Assembly (NCBI RefSeq): GCF_963921235.1
Contig: NC_086108.1
Span: 2,852,001-2,916,000 of the forward strand
Source: Mobula hypostoma
Taxonomy: Eukaryota
Length of the DNA stretch: 64,000 nt
Reading direction: 5' to 3'
Under the pieces are notes generated by a model, which was not told the origin of the DNA, made no database searches, and saw nothing but the letters and a program-made list of their open reading frames with translations. The translations under genes were made by a program, and so were the position numbers. Shown here one piece after another: positions 51,986-64,000 of the stretch (positions are counted from its first letter, which is position 1; each line of letters opens with the position of its first letter).

Positions 51986-53040
51986 CTTCCTTGAACAAGG
52001 CAACAACATTTGCAACCTTCCAATCCTCTGGTACTTCTCCCGTCCCTATTGATGATGGAAAAATCATCGCCAGAGGCTCAGCAATCTACCCCCTCGCTTC
52101 CCACAGTAGCCTGGGATACATCTCATCTGGTCCCAGCGACTTACCCAATTTAATGCCTTTCAACAGCTCCAGCACATTCTCCATACACTCAAAGTGTTTT
52201 AGTCCACTGTAAGTTATTTCCACAATTGCCAATATCCTTTTCACTGGTGAATACTGAAGCAAAGTATTCTTTAAGTACCTCTGCTACCTCCTCCGACTCC
52301 ATGCACATTTCCACTATCACACCTGATTGGTCCTATTCTCACACGGCTCATCCTCTTGCTCTTCACATACTTGTAGAATGCCTTGGGGTTACACTTAATC
52401 TTCCTCACCAAGGCCTTCTCATGGCCCCTTCTAGCTCTCCTAATTTCATTCTTGAGTTCCTTCCTGTCACACTTGTAATTTTCTAGAGCTCTAGCAGTAC
52501 CTAGTTTCTTGAATCTTTCTTAAGCTTTTCTTTTCTTTGTAACTAGATTTTCTAGATCCTTTGAACACCATGGTTCTTTTACCGTACCATCATTTCCCTG
52601 CCTCAATGGACCATACCTTTGCCACATTTCTGCCATGCATTTCCCTGAGAGCATCAGCTCCCAATTTATGTTCCCAAGTTCCCACCTAAATGGCATTATA
52701 TTTCCCCCTACCCCAATTAAATGTTTTCCCAAATTGTCTGCTCCTATCCCTCTCCAGCGCTATGATAAAGGAGATAGAGTTGTGATTGCTACCTCCAAAA
52801 TGCTCTCCCACCGAGAGATCTGACACCTGACCAATACCCAGATCAAGTACAGCCTCTCCTCTCGTTGGCATATCTACATATTGCATCAGGAAATGTAACA
52901 CACCTGATCACACCTAACATACTCCATCCCATCTAAACCTCTTGCCAGTCAATATTAGGAAAGTTAAAATCACCCATCACAACAACCCTATTATTATTGC
53001 ACCGTTCCAGAATCTGCCTCTGTATCTGCTCCCTGAAGTC
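51986..53040 (-). mobile_element. CR1 copy A, 5' piece (end of endonuclease to RT start, ...PEDWKVANVVALFKE)
   Basis: ORFs 52686..52901, 52520..52732 and the N-terminal part of 51792..52067. Colinear with the pieces at 48118-48284 and 43490-44682. Confidence 0.85.
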
Positions 53041-53229
53041 TGTCACTGTTCAGGAATAGCTCCCTTTTTACTGGGTTCTTTGAACAATTTGCATAACCCT
53101 AACCTGACCTCAGCAAAGAAGCATGAAGAACCACCTCTTGTACTACCGTGGACTTGTCCCCAATAGTGGTTTTGTTTTGCACTAAGATCTGGTTTTGCAC
53201 AGTCTTGGTTTTCACTGCCTTCTATAAAA

Positions 53230-53670
53230 TATAGCCCACAATGTTATGCCAACCCTTTAAACTTCTCTAAGACCAATCTAATCCTCCCGTCCCACACAGC
53301 CCTTCATTTTCTGTCATCCATGTGCTTATGTGAAAGTTTCGTAAATTCCCCTAATGCTTCTAACTCTACTACCACCTTTGGCAGTGCATTCCACACACCC
53401 ACCACGCTGAGTAAAGAACTTACACCTGACATCCACCCATACAATTCCCTCCAATCACCTTGAAACTTTGCACCCTTGAATTAGGCATGTCTGCCCTGGG
53501 AAACAGTCTCCTGTATTCACGCTTTCTATGCCTCTTATCGCCTTGAACACCTCTATCAAGTCACCTCTCATTCTCCTTGCTTCAAGGAGAAAAGCCCTAG
53601 CTCGCTCAACCTGCCTTCATAAGACATACCCTTTAGTCTAGGCAGCAGCGAGGTAAATCTCCTCTAAGGC
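53230..53670 (-). mobile_element. Old CR1 3' fragment
   Basis: Degenerate 'ctctatcaagtcacctctca' (reverse of RGDLIE) and 3' UTR. Confidence 0.75.
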
Positions 53671-53810
53671 ATTGGATATGGAAGCATTTGAATCGAAATG
53701 GACTGCAATGCTGCTGCAAGCTTTTCTCTGTACCTGTACCTCACTGCATTTGTCCTCACAACAATAAACTCAACGACTTGACTTGACATGTCAATATACA
53801 GCCACCTTTA

Positions 53811-53945
<135 letters not shown>

Positions 53946-54149
53946 TCAGGCCCGCAGAGACTGAGTGAGGGCGAAAGTCAAGCTTAAAATGGGCAGGGAA
54001 GTGCAACACCGCATTAAACAGATCCAGGATTGGCAGGTGGGTTTCAATGGAGGGCTCCAGTTTCTTTCCGCAACCCAAATGTTTGCTGGTATGTAACTGG
54101 GTGCTGTACACTACCCCTAGTTTGTGGCAAGGGGACCAAAGGAAGCATG

Positions 54150-54425
54150 GTGGCCACAGTAGCACAGCAGTCACAGTGAGACGTTACTGGGGCGTCAGAG
54201 CTTGGAGTTCAATTTTGACGCCATCTGAAAGGAGGCTGCAAGTTCTTCCTGTGAGCACGTGGGTTTCCTCTGGGTGCTCTGGTTTCCTCCCACATTCCAA
54301 AGACCTACTGGTTGGTAGGTTAACTGGTCATTGTAAATTGTCCTGTTATCAGGTTAGGGTTAAATCGAGGGGACTGCTGTGTTGGGCTGGAAGGGCCTGT
54401 TCTGTGATGCATCTGTAAATTAAAA
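54150..54425 (+). mobile_element. V-SINE/HE1-like SINE, representative copy. Others near 2280, 8690, 10400, 15300, 19680, 27450, 32590, 38935, 54620, 57700, 62515
   Basis: V-domain 'gtgggtttcctctgggtgctctggtttcctcccaca..ccaaagac...ggtaggttaa.tgg...tgtaaattg'. Confidence 0.8.
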
Positions 54426-54979
54426 AAGGGAGTTGATAGACCAGTGATAAAGAAAGATTAAAGAGATTAACTTTATTTGTCACATGTACAGTACATCTAG
54501 TCACACAATGAAATACGTCACTTGCATCAAATTAAATCAGTCAGGATTATGCTGGGGCAAGAGTTGCCATACTTCTGGCACCAACATAGCATGCCCACTA
54601 CTCACGAATCCTAACCCATACGGACTGTGGGAGGAAACTGGAGCACCCAGTGGAAACCCATGCGATCATGGGGAGAACGTACAAACTCCTTACAGGCAGT
54701 AGTAGGAGTCTAACCCCAATCTTACAATCGGTGCTGTAAAACGCCATGCTAACTGCTACATTACAGTATAGCACGGATACAGGCATTTTGACTCATTCAG
54801 TCCACCCCCCCCCCCCACAATCTAGTCCCAATTTTCCTGGGTCAGGCCCACATCCTTCCAAGCACCTGGTTCTTAAACGAAACAACAGTACCTGCCTCAA
54901 ACACTTCGTGCCATCAAGCCAGGTGGATTAAACTATGAACCAGATTGATACTTCACAAGGTCTCACACAGGAGAAAACC

Positions 54980-55545
54980 CACAGATGCTGGAAATCCACA
55001 GCAACACACACAACATGCTGGAGGAACTCAGCAGGTTGGGTGTCGGGCAACATCTATGGAAAAGAGATGGCTCAGGTCAAGACCCTTCATCAGGACTAGA
55101 AAGGAAAGGGAGAAGTCAGGGTAAGAAGGTTGGACAGGGGGGGAGAGGAGGAAAAAATACAAGGTGGAAGGTGGTAGGTGATAGGTGAAACTGGGAGAGG
55201 GAGAGGGGTGAAGTAAAGAGCTAGGAAGTTGATTGGTGAAAGAGACAAATGGCAGAAGGAGAGTCTGATAGGACAGGACAGAAGACCATGGAAGAATGGG
55301 AAGGGGGAGGAGCACCAGAGGAAGGAGATGGTCAAGTAAGAGAAGATGTGAGAGAGAGAGACAGAAATGAAGAACAGTGAAGTGGGGTGGGGGGCCCTCA
55401 TTACCAGAAGTTCAAGAAACCAATGTTCATACATCAGTTTGGAGGGTACCCAGATGAAATATAAGGTGTTGTTCCTCCAACCTGAGTGTGGCCTCATCGA
55501 GATAGTAGAGGTGGCCATGGACAAATGGGAATGGGAAGTAGAAAG
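54980..55545 (-). mobile_element. Penelope-like 3' fragment (GIY-YIG C-terminus + terminal repeat)
   Basis: DEATLRLEEQHLIFHLGTLQ followed by the same terminal sequence seen in the short copies at 19487, 27900, 38551 and 63030. Confidence 0.8.
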
Positions 55546-56144
55546 ACATAGGGTCTGTCCTTGCATAGCATCTTTCAAGTGGCAAAATTTCCCCACACTG
55601 TCAAACCTGGCTCAGCTTCCTCAGGTGACCAAATGCATACATGTAGTATATTTTAAAGGGACCATACATATGCTGGGTCAGCTGGGTGTGGGGGAGAATT
55701 CCTGAGCTTATTGCGAGGATTATAGAGATGGAGGGGATTACAGGCAGGAAGTGGCCAAGCTGTTGAGGAATGTGAAGATTTTGTTTGCTAGTAGCCTGGG
55801 CATGTCAACAGGCACTGGAGTGGTTGTCCCACTGTATGGTGAACTGAGGCTGAGGGCCTGCTCCATCTGCTCTGGGGTTTGGGGCTATGGACTCACTTTT
55901 GTTCTGAATGTTGTTGGTGCTTTTATCATTTTTTCTCTCTCTCTGCACGTTGGGTGTTGGTGTTTATTTTAAATTGGGATCTTTCGGTTTTCTTGCTTTG
56001 AGGCTGTCTGTAAGCATACAAATCTCAAGGTTATACATCGTTTGACAACAAATGTACTTTGAACTTTGAGAACGTTGGCTCCTTGCTGGGTGAACAGGTC
56101 TTGACTACCTTGCAAGACTCTCTATCACTTACTCAACTGAGGCC

Positions 56145-56572
56145 TTATTCAAAGCAAGGATGTACGCTGAGGCTGTATGACGCACTGGTGAGGCTTCACT
56201 CGGCTTACTATCAGCAGTTTGGGCTGCTTATCTGAGAAAGGGTGTGCTGACGTTGGAGAAGGTTCAGAGGAGGTTTATGAGAATGATTCCGGGAATGAAA
56301 CTGAATATGCTATTATGGTCATTACCTGCCAACCACATTCAGGGGATGGTCACAGTTGGGAATTGGATGTAGGAAAAGCTGTGGACGCCAAGTCATGTGG
56401 TATATCTAAGGCAGAGTTCGATAGGTTCATGATTTGTATGGACATTTGAAGGTTACAGGGAGAAGGCAGGTGAATGGGATTCAGCCAGAAAATAAATCAG
56501 CCATGACAGAATGGTGGAGCTCATTAGACAGGCCAAATGGCCTAATTCTGCTCCTGTGGCTTACGGTCTTAT
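56145..56572 (+). mobile_element. Old CR1 3' fragment with internal deletion
   Basis: LRLYDALVR and VQRRFMRMIPGM motifs, plus 3' UTR. Confidence 0.75.
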
Positions 56573-56705
56573 ATAACTTCAACAGGGGCAGGGCCATCCT
56601 AACCAGAGCCACAAGAAACAGATCTTCACTCAAAATATCTCAGCAATAAGGTACCCTGCCCCAAACTTCCCAAGCAGAACAGGCTTGGCCTGGAGTCACT
56701 CTCAC

Positions 56706-56818
56706 TTGTAATGGAGTCCAAGGTCGGAGAAGATCTCCTTCTGAAGTGACACAAACTCATCCAGTAACTCTGTGCTCTCGCCTCCTGTCTCGGCTGCCGT
56801 CACTCCAAACATCTCCAC
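56706..56818 (-). CDS. SARS2: Mitochondrial seryl-tRNA synthetase, internal exon (113 nt; VEMFGVTAAETGGESTELLDEFVSLQKEIFSDLGLHY + 2 nt)
   Basis: Minus strand reads ...ccattcaag|GTGGAGATG...CATTACAA|gtgaga. The translation matches the SerRS 'VEMFGV...LGLHY/FR' block, and the phase-2 end joins the next exon in frame. Confidence 0.95.
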
Positions 56819-57116
56819 CTTGAATGGAATACAAACAAGCTGATAGAAACCAATCCTTTAGTAGAGAGAAAGCTTTAGAAGAAGAATTTTTTAAAAACTC
56901 TAGTTAGGCCACACCTGAGCACCGTGTGCAGATCTGGTTGCCACACAGTAAGACTGTGCTGGAGAGGGTACAGCGGAGATCTGCCAGGACATTGCTTGGA
57001 GAGGGGCTTTTCAGTTAAATGGAGACAACTGTTTAGGTTGTTTTTCTCTGGAGAAGAGGTGGCTGAAGGGTGACCTGATGGAGGTGTACAAAACAACGAG
57101 GGGGTAGATTGGGTAG

Positions 57117-57349
57117 TGTACCGTATCCGATCAATTGCGAGAATGTGGCGAGTGAATCGGCTGGACCTCGGATGCACGAAGTACTCTCTTTGGGCACAGG
57201 CTTTTGAGCGCTCATCTTTTGTCCCAGCAGGTCCAGTTCATCACTCCTACACTGTAAGTTGCCCAGCGTATACCATTACTAATACAACTCAGTAAGGACA
57301 CTAAATCAGACCCCTCCATTGTCGTTCTTGCTCCGCACAATACGTACCA
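57117..57349. mobile_element. Solo LTR (233 bp) inserted in a CR1 fragment
   Basis: Starts TG, ends CA, with imperfect terminal inverted repeats (tgtaccgtat / atacgtacca). Exact 5-bp target-site duplication GGTAG at 57112-57116 and 57350-57354. Confidence 0.7.
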
Positions 57350-59106
57350 GGTAGATAGTAAGAATCTTCTTCTTTTGCTGGGGGAGCTGTCTACAACAGT
57401 CTTAATATAAGATTAAGATAAGCTTTATTTGTCACGTGTATTTACGAAACAATGAAACATACAGTGAAATGCTTCGTCTGGCATCAATGACCAACAGTCC
57501 AAGGACTGCGCTGGGGGCAGCTCACAAGTGTTGCCACAGTTCTGGTGCCAACATAGCATCCCACAACTCACTAACCCTAACTGGTACATTTTTGGAATGT
57601 AGGAGGAAGCAGGATCACCCGGAGGAAATCCAAGCAGTTATGGATAGAATCCTTACAGTGACAGGAATCGAGACCGATCAGTGATCACTGATTCTGTAAA
57701 ACGCTGCGGTTAGGGCAGTTGCTACCATGCCATACTCCTGCTGCTGCATGTAAGGAGCTTGTACGTTTTCCCCACGGGTTTCCTCCCGCTGCTCCGGTTT
57801 CCTCTCATACAGATGGGCTAGAAGGTTAATTGGTGACATGGATGTGATAGTGTGGTAGGGCTTGCTGGGCCGGTAGGGCCTGTTATCATGCTGTATTTCT
57901 GAATAAAAATCTAGATAAGCACTTGAAATTGTCAAGGCAGAGAAGGTTGTGGATCAAATGCAGGCAGATGACATAAAATCCATGAACAGCATGGGCAAAA
58001 GGGCCTGTTTCTGCACTGTACAACTACATATAACTTACTGCCTTTGTCTCTATTGTAATAGTCACTTTAGGGGTTTTGGATCAGAATTCCAAAACTTCCA
58101 ATGTTATCTTAACCACTCAGACAGGTAGAGGCTCCAGGGAAAGACAGATCACTTTTATCGTTTGTGTCACAACATGGATCAGCCGCTGAGCTCCCTCACT
58201 CCCCTCAAAAGTTGCCCACATTCCAAGAACCAGGCACTGGCACACGTACATGTTACGGTGTATTTTGGGGTTAGGACATATACTACTTCAGCTACTAACC
58301 TTCAGATCCGAATAGGGACCGTGGATTAAATTTAAAATGCAACTCGGAATGAGGAATCAGGCACTTAACTGGTATATGTCTGCATATGCATGAATGCAAT
58401 TGACAGCCCATTGCATGAATACGACAGTAATTAATACTCATTTTGGGTGTGTTGGTCGTAAAGAAAACTCAAAAGAAGTATTAAGGGGGCATTGAATAGG
58501 ACATGATATAGAAATTACCCTGTAACTTTTGTACTTTAACATATAAAAACGTGCTATAATGTTGGGTTGGGGAGTCTCTCTCTCGTGACTCCAAAGGACT
58601 GTCAGCTTACATGTCTGTGTTGGATAAGACTACTTTTCTACCTATCAGCTGCATCTGTTCCGTGACTTTGTTTACTTTACGATGTACCCAGCAAAAATTA
58701 TGTTGACACGTGGCAGGCAGTGCTGCCCCTTGATTCTTTAAACTCTAACCATAATAAGAAGATACATACTGATAATCTGTACTGCCAAATAAAGCAGTAA
58801 ATGATTTTTTTTTACACCCTACCAAGCGTCTCACGCTAGCTTGGTGTCAGCTAGATGGAGGCAAGAACACATGACATTGAATGAAAAGTTTTAAAATCCT
58901 CAATGGCCTGATGCATACATCAGTATTTGGTCAATAAATGGTTACAGTAACAGTATTATTCATAAATTATGTATTTTTTCCAATTGCCTTTTTAAAGTAT
59001 TCATATTAATCTTTGAACAAGTCATTTATTTGAATGTCCCTGTTATACCTTATTTTTTACATTTTATTTTTATTTGGATAAATAAAAGAGGAGAAAAACT
59101 GAACAT

Positions 59107-59718
59107 AAAGAAGAATCCTGAAGGACCTAGCATTCTAAAATCAGAAACTCGAGCAGCCGTAAATAAAACAAAACATAACAGAGCAACTGGTCCAGACAAT
59201 GTCGCTGTTGAAATGCTACTGGCCTTAGAAGATTTTGGAATAGAGAAAATAACAGAAATAGCAAATGAAATCTATGATCATGAGGAGATACCTGATGATT
59301 TAAGTAAATCAGTGTTCATCACACTTCCAAAGAAAGAGGGAGCAACAGAATGCGAGTTACATCGTACAATAAGCCTGATGAGCAGCGTGGCAAAAATTAT
59401 TCTCAGAGTAATCATGATGAGAGCAAGAAGCTGTATAAAACCAGAAATCAGTAAAGAACAATGCGGCTTTGTGGAAAACACTGGAAACAGAAATGCAATT
59501 TTCATGCTACAGATGATCTGTGAACGAGCCATCCAGGTACAAAAAGACATCTACCTATGTTTCATTGACTATACAAAAGCTTTTGACACTGTCAGACACC
59601 AAGATGTTCTGGAAATGTTTCAAGATCTTGACACAGATGGGAAAGATGTACGTTTCTTACGAAACTTATACTAGGACCAGACAGCATCCATCAGAATAGA
59701 AGGAGAAGTGAGTGAGTA
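59107..59718 (+). mobile_element. RTE-clade (BovB-like) RT internal fragment
   Basis: ATGPD, LPKKEGATECELHRTISLMS, EQCGF, LCFIDYTKAFDTV. Confidence 0.9.
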
Positions 59719-59719
59719 T

Positions 59720-59975
59720 GTGCTCTATTCAAAGAGTTCAAAGGAACATCTAAACAAGCCTGATGTATTTTGGAAACAAGTCCTGTGTACTGATGAAGTT
59801 AAAATAGAACTTTTTGGCCACAATGAGCAAAGGTATGTTTGGAGAAAAGAGGGTGCAGAATTTCATGAAAAGAACACCTCTCCAACTGTTAAGCACGGGG
59901 GTGGAACGATCATGCTTTGGGCTTGTGTTGCAGCCAGTGGCACGGGGAACATTTCACTGGTAAGAGGGAAGAATG
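59720..59975 (+). mobile_element. Tc1 transposase internal fragment
   Basis: FWKQVLCTDEVKIELFG...YVWRK...PTVKHGGGTIMLWAC. Confidence 0.9.
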
Positions 59976-59979
59976 AATT

Positions 59980-62460
59980 CTCTGAGTTTCCAATATGTTT
60001 CAATTGATGAGTTTCATCAATTTCACTTTGCACGTTCTTAATTTCCTGTTTTAAATTAGAAGTAATTTTGTTGCTATCTACAACTTGAAGTTGTTTTAAT
60101 TTTCCTTGAAGGTCTGCTAATTTATGTGCATTGAATTTTTTCATGTGAGTAATAATGGAAAAAATTTTCCCTCTCAGTACAGCTTTCAATGTATCCCATA
60201 AGATCACTGGTGACGTTTCTCCCGTGTCATTATGGTGTAAGTATTCTTTGATTTCTCCCCTTAATTTCTCCATTACTTTCGGGTTATTGAGTATATGTGA
60301 ATTTAACCCCCATAGTGTTTTCCTCATTTTCCTTTCCAGAATTAGAGACACAGAGACTGGACTATGGTCCGGCAGATCAATTGTTGCAATATTACAGTTT
60401 TTTATCCTGAGTCTATCTGTATTAAAGATGAAGAAACAGTCTATCCTTGAATAGGCTGAATGAGGGAAAGAGTAATGTGTATAGTCTTTACTAGTGGGGT
60501 GTAATTCCCTCCACACATCTATAATTCCCAGCTCCTCCATCAATGAATCCACTTTCCTAGTCAGAGGTTTATTCTGAAAAACTGTTCTTGAAGAATCTAA
60601 TGCAGGGTTTAACCTGATATTAGAATCCCCTCCATAGATTACTACCCCTTGAGAGCTGACCATTAGGTCAAAAATGTGCCTATAGAATGACCATTCACAA
60701 CCTGGAGGAGCATAAACATTCAGCAATGTTATTTCAGTACCTTCTATTCTCCTGTAATTTTTACAAATCGTCCATCTTTGTCTTTAGTCTCTGAAATATG
60801 TTCATAATTAAGAGTACTTGACATTAAAGTAGCTACCCCTCTTTTGTGGCCCAATTTATATGATGAATAAAATACATGCTTAAAGCCCATTCTTTTTAAT
60901 TTTGCATGTCAGATTGGCTCATGTGCATTTCCTGAAGGAAGGCTATTTGTGCCCTCTCTTTTTTCAATTTAGACATAATCTCATTTTCCTTAATTGGATT
61001 CAAAACCCCACCAGTTCAATTTGCATTTTTCTCTTAATAGAAAAAAAACTCTCCTTTTCTAAACCAACAGTAAGTAATTCCTTCTCAACAGTAAACCAGA
61101 ACATTAAATCAAACCCTAGGCATTTTTGAACATAGAACATTTGAAAATTTTGCCTGACTTCCCACAGTGAGGCCTGAGCACCGACTGCCTCAGTTCAGAG
61201 GGATAACCCCTATCTCCAGTCTGTGTTAGAGGGCCCCCGCAGTGTGAACAGTCACAGAGAATTCTCTCCTTTTCATGTCTCGACCATATTGCTCTCATTC
61301 ACGTTAGTCTATCTAGATTATTTTCAATTACCAGCTTTCATTTTACCTTTAAGTACGATTTACTCTTTTCAGACATTTCTCAATTAGTCTACACTCTGTA
61401 CGTTCGCGTCTGAATACTTGCAGCTTTTCCTTGTAGCTTGACACTCTGGCTCGAGTGGGGCGTCCTCACCACACTGACTGCCACGTCAACCGCCGAATCT
61501 TCTCCAGTAACGACTCCGGTTGGGTGATAACTTTTGTGGGTAGTCCCCGAACCGCCAGATCCAACGTTGCCTCTTCCACTGTAGCGTAGGTTTTTGTCCC
61601 CTTGTCGTAAAAGACTCTTAGCCGAGCTGGATACAGGGTCTGAAATCTGAAGTTGTTCTCCTTCAGGACCTTCCATGTTTCCATGTATTCCTTCCGTCTG
61701 GCAAGGATCCCCGGTGCATAATTGTGGTCTAAACTGATTTTACAGTTGTTCCACATAAAGCCTTTCTTTTGCCATGCCAGTTTAAGCACTTCTTCCTTCG
61801 TTCTGTATCTGAGAAATCTGACTGAAATCGATCTGAGCTGGGCATCTGCCGGGGGGCTGTGGTGCCAACGCGCAGTGGGCCCTTTCTATCTGTAGGTCTT
61901 TTGCATCTGGTGTGTCAAGGTTCTCTCTAAGCAGCTTCTCCACGAAGGGAATCACCAGTCCGGGTTTACCTTCAGTTCCTTCGGGAATTCCGTAGATCCT
62001 CACATTTTCCCTTCTTGGTCTATTAGTTTCCACTGGAGCTGTTCTTGTAGCTTTAGCATTTCTGCTATCACTTCCTCTGAGTTTTGCAGCCTCTCCTCAG
62101 TCCCTACAATCCTCGCTTCGGCTTCATCTAACCTCAGATTAGTTTTTCCTATTTCTCCTTTAATGTCTTCCAGCTGTTTGTTGATATCTTGTTAGAAATA
62201 ACAAATCTCTAAGAATCAAAGTCAGATTCACTGATTCTTCCACATTATCTCCATCCTGGCTAGCCGTGGGGGAGCTAGGCCCCTCGTCTTGCTGCGACTT
62301 TTTATAGTTATCAGCCTTCTGAGTGGACTTTTTAATGTTGTACTTAGACTCCATCCTTGCCCCTTCTATTGATATAGTTATACAATACTAAATATTTGTC
62401 TAATTTTGACTTTGGGGCAGTTTACGTTTTTTTTTTGTCCTACGCTGCCATTCTCTTGGA
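59980..62460 (-). mobile_element. L1-clade LINE, 5' half only (ORF1 + endonuclease), frameshifted
   Basis: ORF1 motifs RRENVRIYGIPE, LQIERAH, LYPARLRV. Endonuclease motifs LNVYAP, GGDSN, YSRID, DHSPV, LWDTLKAVLRG. Confidence 0.92.
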
Positions 62461-62639
62461 GACCCAGAAGTCCTCTCGTCCCTGTTGTACCTTTATGAAT
62501 GGCAAAAGCCCAGGTAGTATGGTAGGGCATCACTGTAGCATAGCACAACACTTTATAGTATCAGCAACTTGGATTCAATTCCCGCCACTGCCTGTAAGAA
62601 GTTTGTACACTTTCCCCGTGACTGCGTGGGTTTCTTCCA

Positions 62640-63690
62640 AGTGGCTGACCTTAACAACGACGATGATGAGTTGGAGTATAGAGAGGAAGTGGAGCGGCTG
62701 GTGGACTGGTATGAGAACAACAAACCGAGTCTGAATGTGGAGAAGACAAAAGAACTGATTGTGGATTTTAGGAAGGTGCAGATGAACAGCCCCCCTCTGC
62801 ACATACATGGCTCCTCTGTAGAGAGAGATAAGAGTACCAATTTCCTGGGGATTCACCTCACCTGGTTCCTCAATAGCACCTCCCTGAACAAGAAGGCACA
62901 GCATCACCTCCACTTCCTGAGGAGATTGAAATGAGGTACACCCCACCCCATCCAGAAGCACCATTAACAGTGTCCTGACAAGCTGTATCTCAGTTAGTCT
63001 TCCTTCACCTGGTCCCTCGCCTTCCTTCAGTTAGTCCTGGCGAAGGGTCTTGGCCTGAAACGTCGACTGTACCTCTTCCTAGAGATGCTGCCTGGCCTGC
63101 TGTGTTCACCAGCAACTTTGATGTGTGTTGCTTCAATTTCCAGCATCTGCAGAATTCCTCGTGTTTGCGTTTTTACAAAAGCTGTATCTCCATCTGGTAT
63201 GGAAGCAGCAGAGCATTGGACTGGAAGTTCTGACAAAAGACTGCGAGAACGGCTGAGGGGTCTCCCTACTGTCCATCAGGGACATTTATCAGGAGCGCTG
63301 CGTACGTAGGGCTCTTAATATTATCGAGGATCCCACCCATCCATCCAGCATCCTCTTTGACTTTCTCCCATTAGGCAGGAGACTCTGATGCATAAAGACA
63401 AAAACAGTCAGTATGGGAAACAGCTTCTTCCCTTGGGCCATTAGGTTTCTGAGCTCCCTGCCGCAGCACAATTCAAGTGTCATCGGATAATTTGTTCTGA
63501 ACCCTACAATACTTAATTTATGTACTTTACTTTGCTTATCCATGTGTAATTCATTTGTAAATTTAATTCTTAACTTTCTCAAGTTATTCTGTATTATATG
63601 TGTGTTATATGTATCCTAGTTCAGAGAAACATTGTCTCCTTTGACAGCACACGTGTGTATAGTTGAATCAAGTCAAGTTTATTGTCATTT
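62640..63690 (+). mobile_element. Degenerate Rex1-type LINE fragment with a nested Penelope end
   Basis: LNVEKTKELIVDFRK and KKAQHHLHFLRRLK. Its 3' part is homologous to 40230-40760. Confidence 0.8.
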
Positions 63691-64000
63691 TGGCCATAAG
63701 CTGCTGGTACAGTACACAACGTTCCTCCAGGACCCTGGTGCTACATGAAACAACACAAAACTACACTAGACTATGTGAGACAGCACAAGGCTACACTAGA
63801 CTACGTAAAACAACACACAAAAACTACACTAGACCGGCACAGGACTATATAAAGTGCACAAAACAGTGCAGGGCAGTACAATAATTAATAAACAAGACAA
63901 CAGGTACAGTAGAGCACAAATTACAATATAATAATAGGTGATGTAGATGTCAGTCTAGACTCTGGGTATTAAGGAGTCTGATGGCTTGGGGGAAGAAACT

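Noticed and set aside
58251..58708. Possible solo LTR (TGTTAC start, TATA-like box, ...GACA end)
   Set aside because: No matching target-site duplication was found, so the boundaries are unsupported.

Overview
Repeat-dense eukaryotic DNA, most likely from an elasmobranch (shark or ray). That assignment is an inference from the mix of V-SINE/HE1-like SINEs, CR1 LINEs, Penelope ends and Rex1 elements. The only host gene I can support is the 3' part of mitochondrial seryl-tRNA synthetase (SARS2) on the minus strand. It has five coding exons (56706-56818, 53826-53919, 38769-38861, 31811-31876, 25859-25990) with canonical AG/GT boundaries that splice in frame, and the ORF track does not resolve it as a gene. 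Everything else is intronic or intergenic and dominated by transposon relics: a nest of three CR1 LINEs (43490-53040), a Helitron helicase remnant with its CTAG 3' end, a Chapaev3-type DNA transposon, Tc1 remnants, RTE, L1, Tx1 and Rex1 fragments, a solo LTR, Penelope ends carrying minimal hammerhead-ribozyme motifs, a CR1-derived 70-bp minisatellite and a 2.2-kb polypurine tract. The most intriguing signal is a U_UUA_AAC slippery heptamer at the ORF1/ORF2 overlap of two different CR1 copies. It suggests -1 ribosomal frameshifting into an ORF2 that, in the better-preserved copy, has no usable AUG. Repeat boundaries were read by eye and are approximate unless a junction is quoted.
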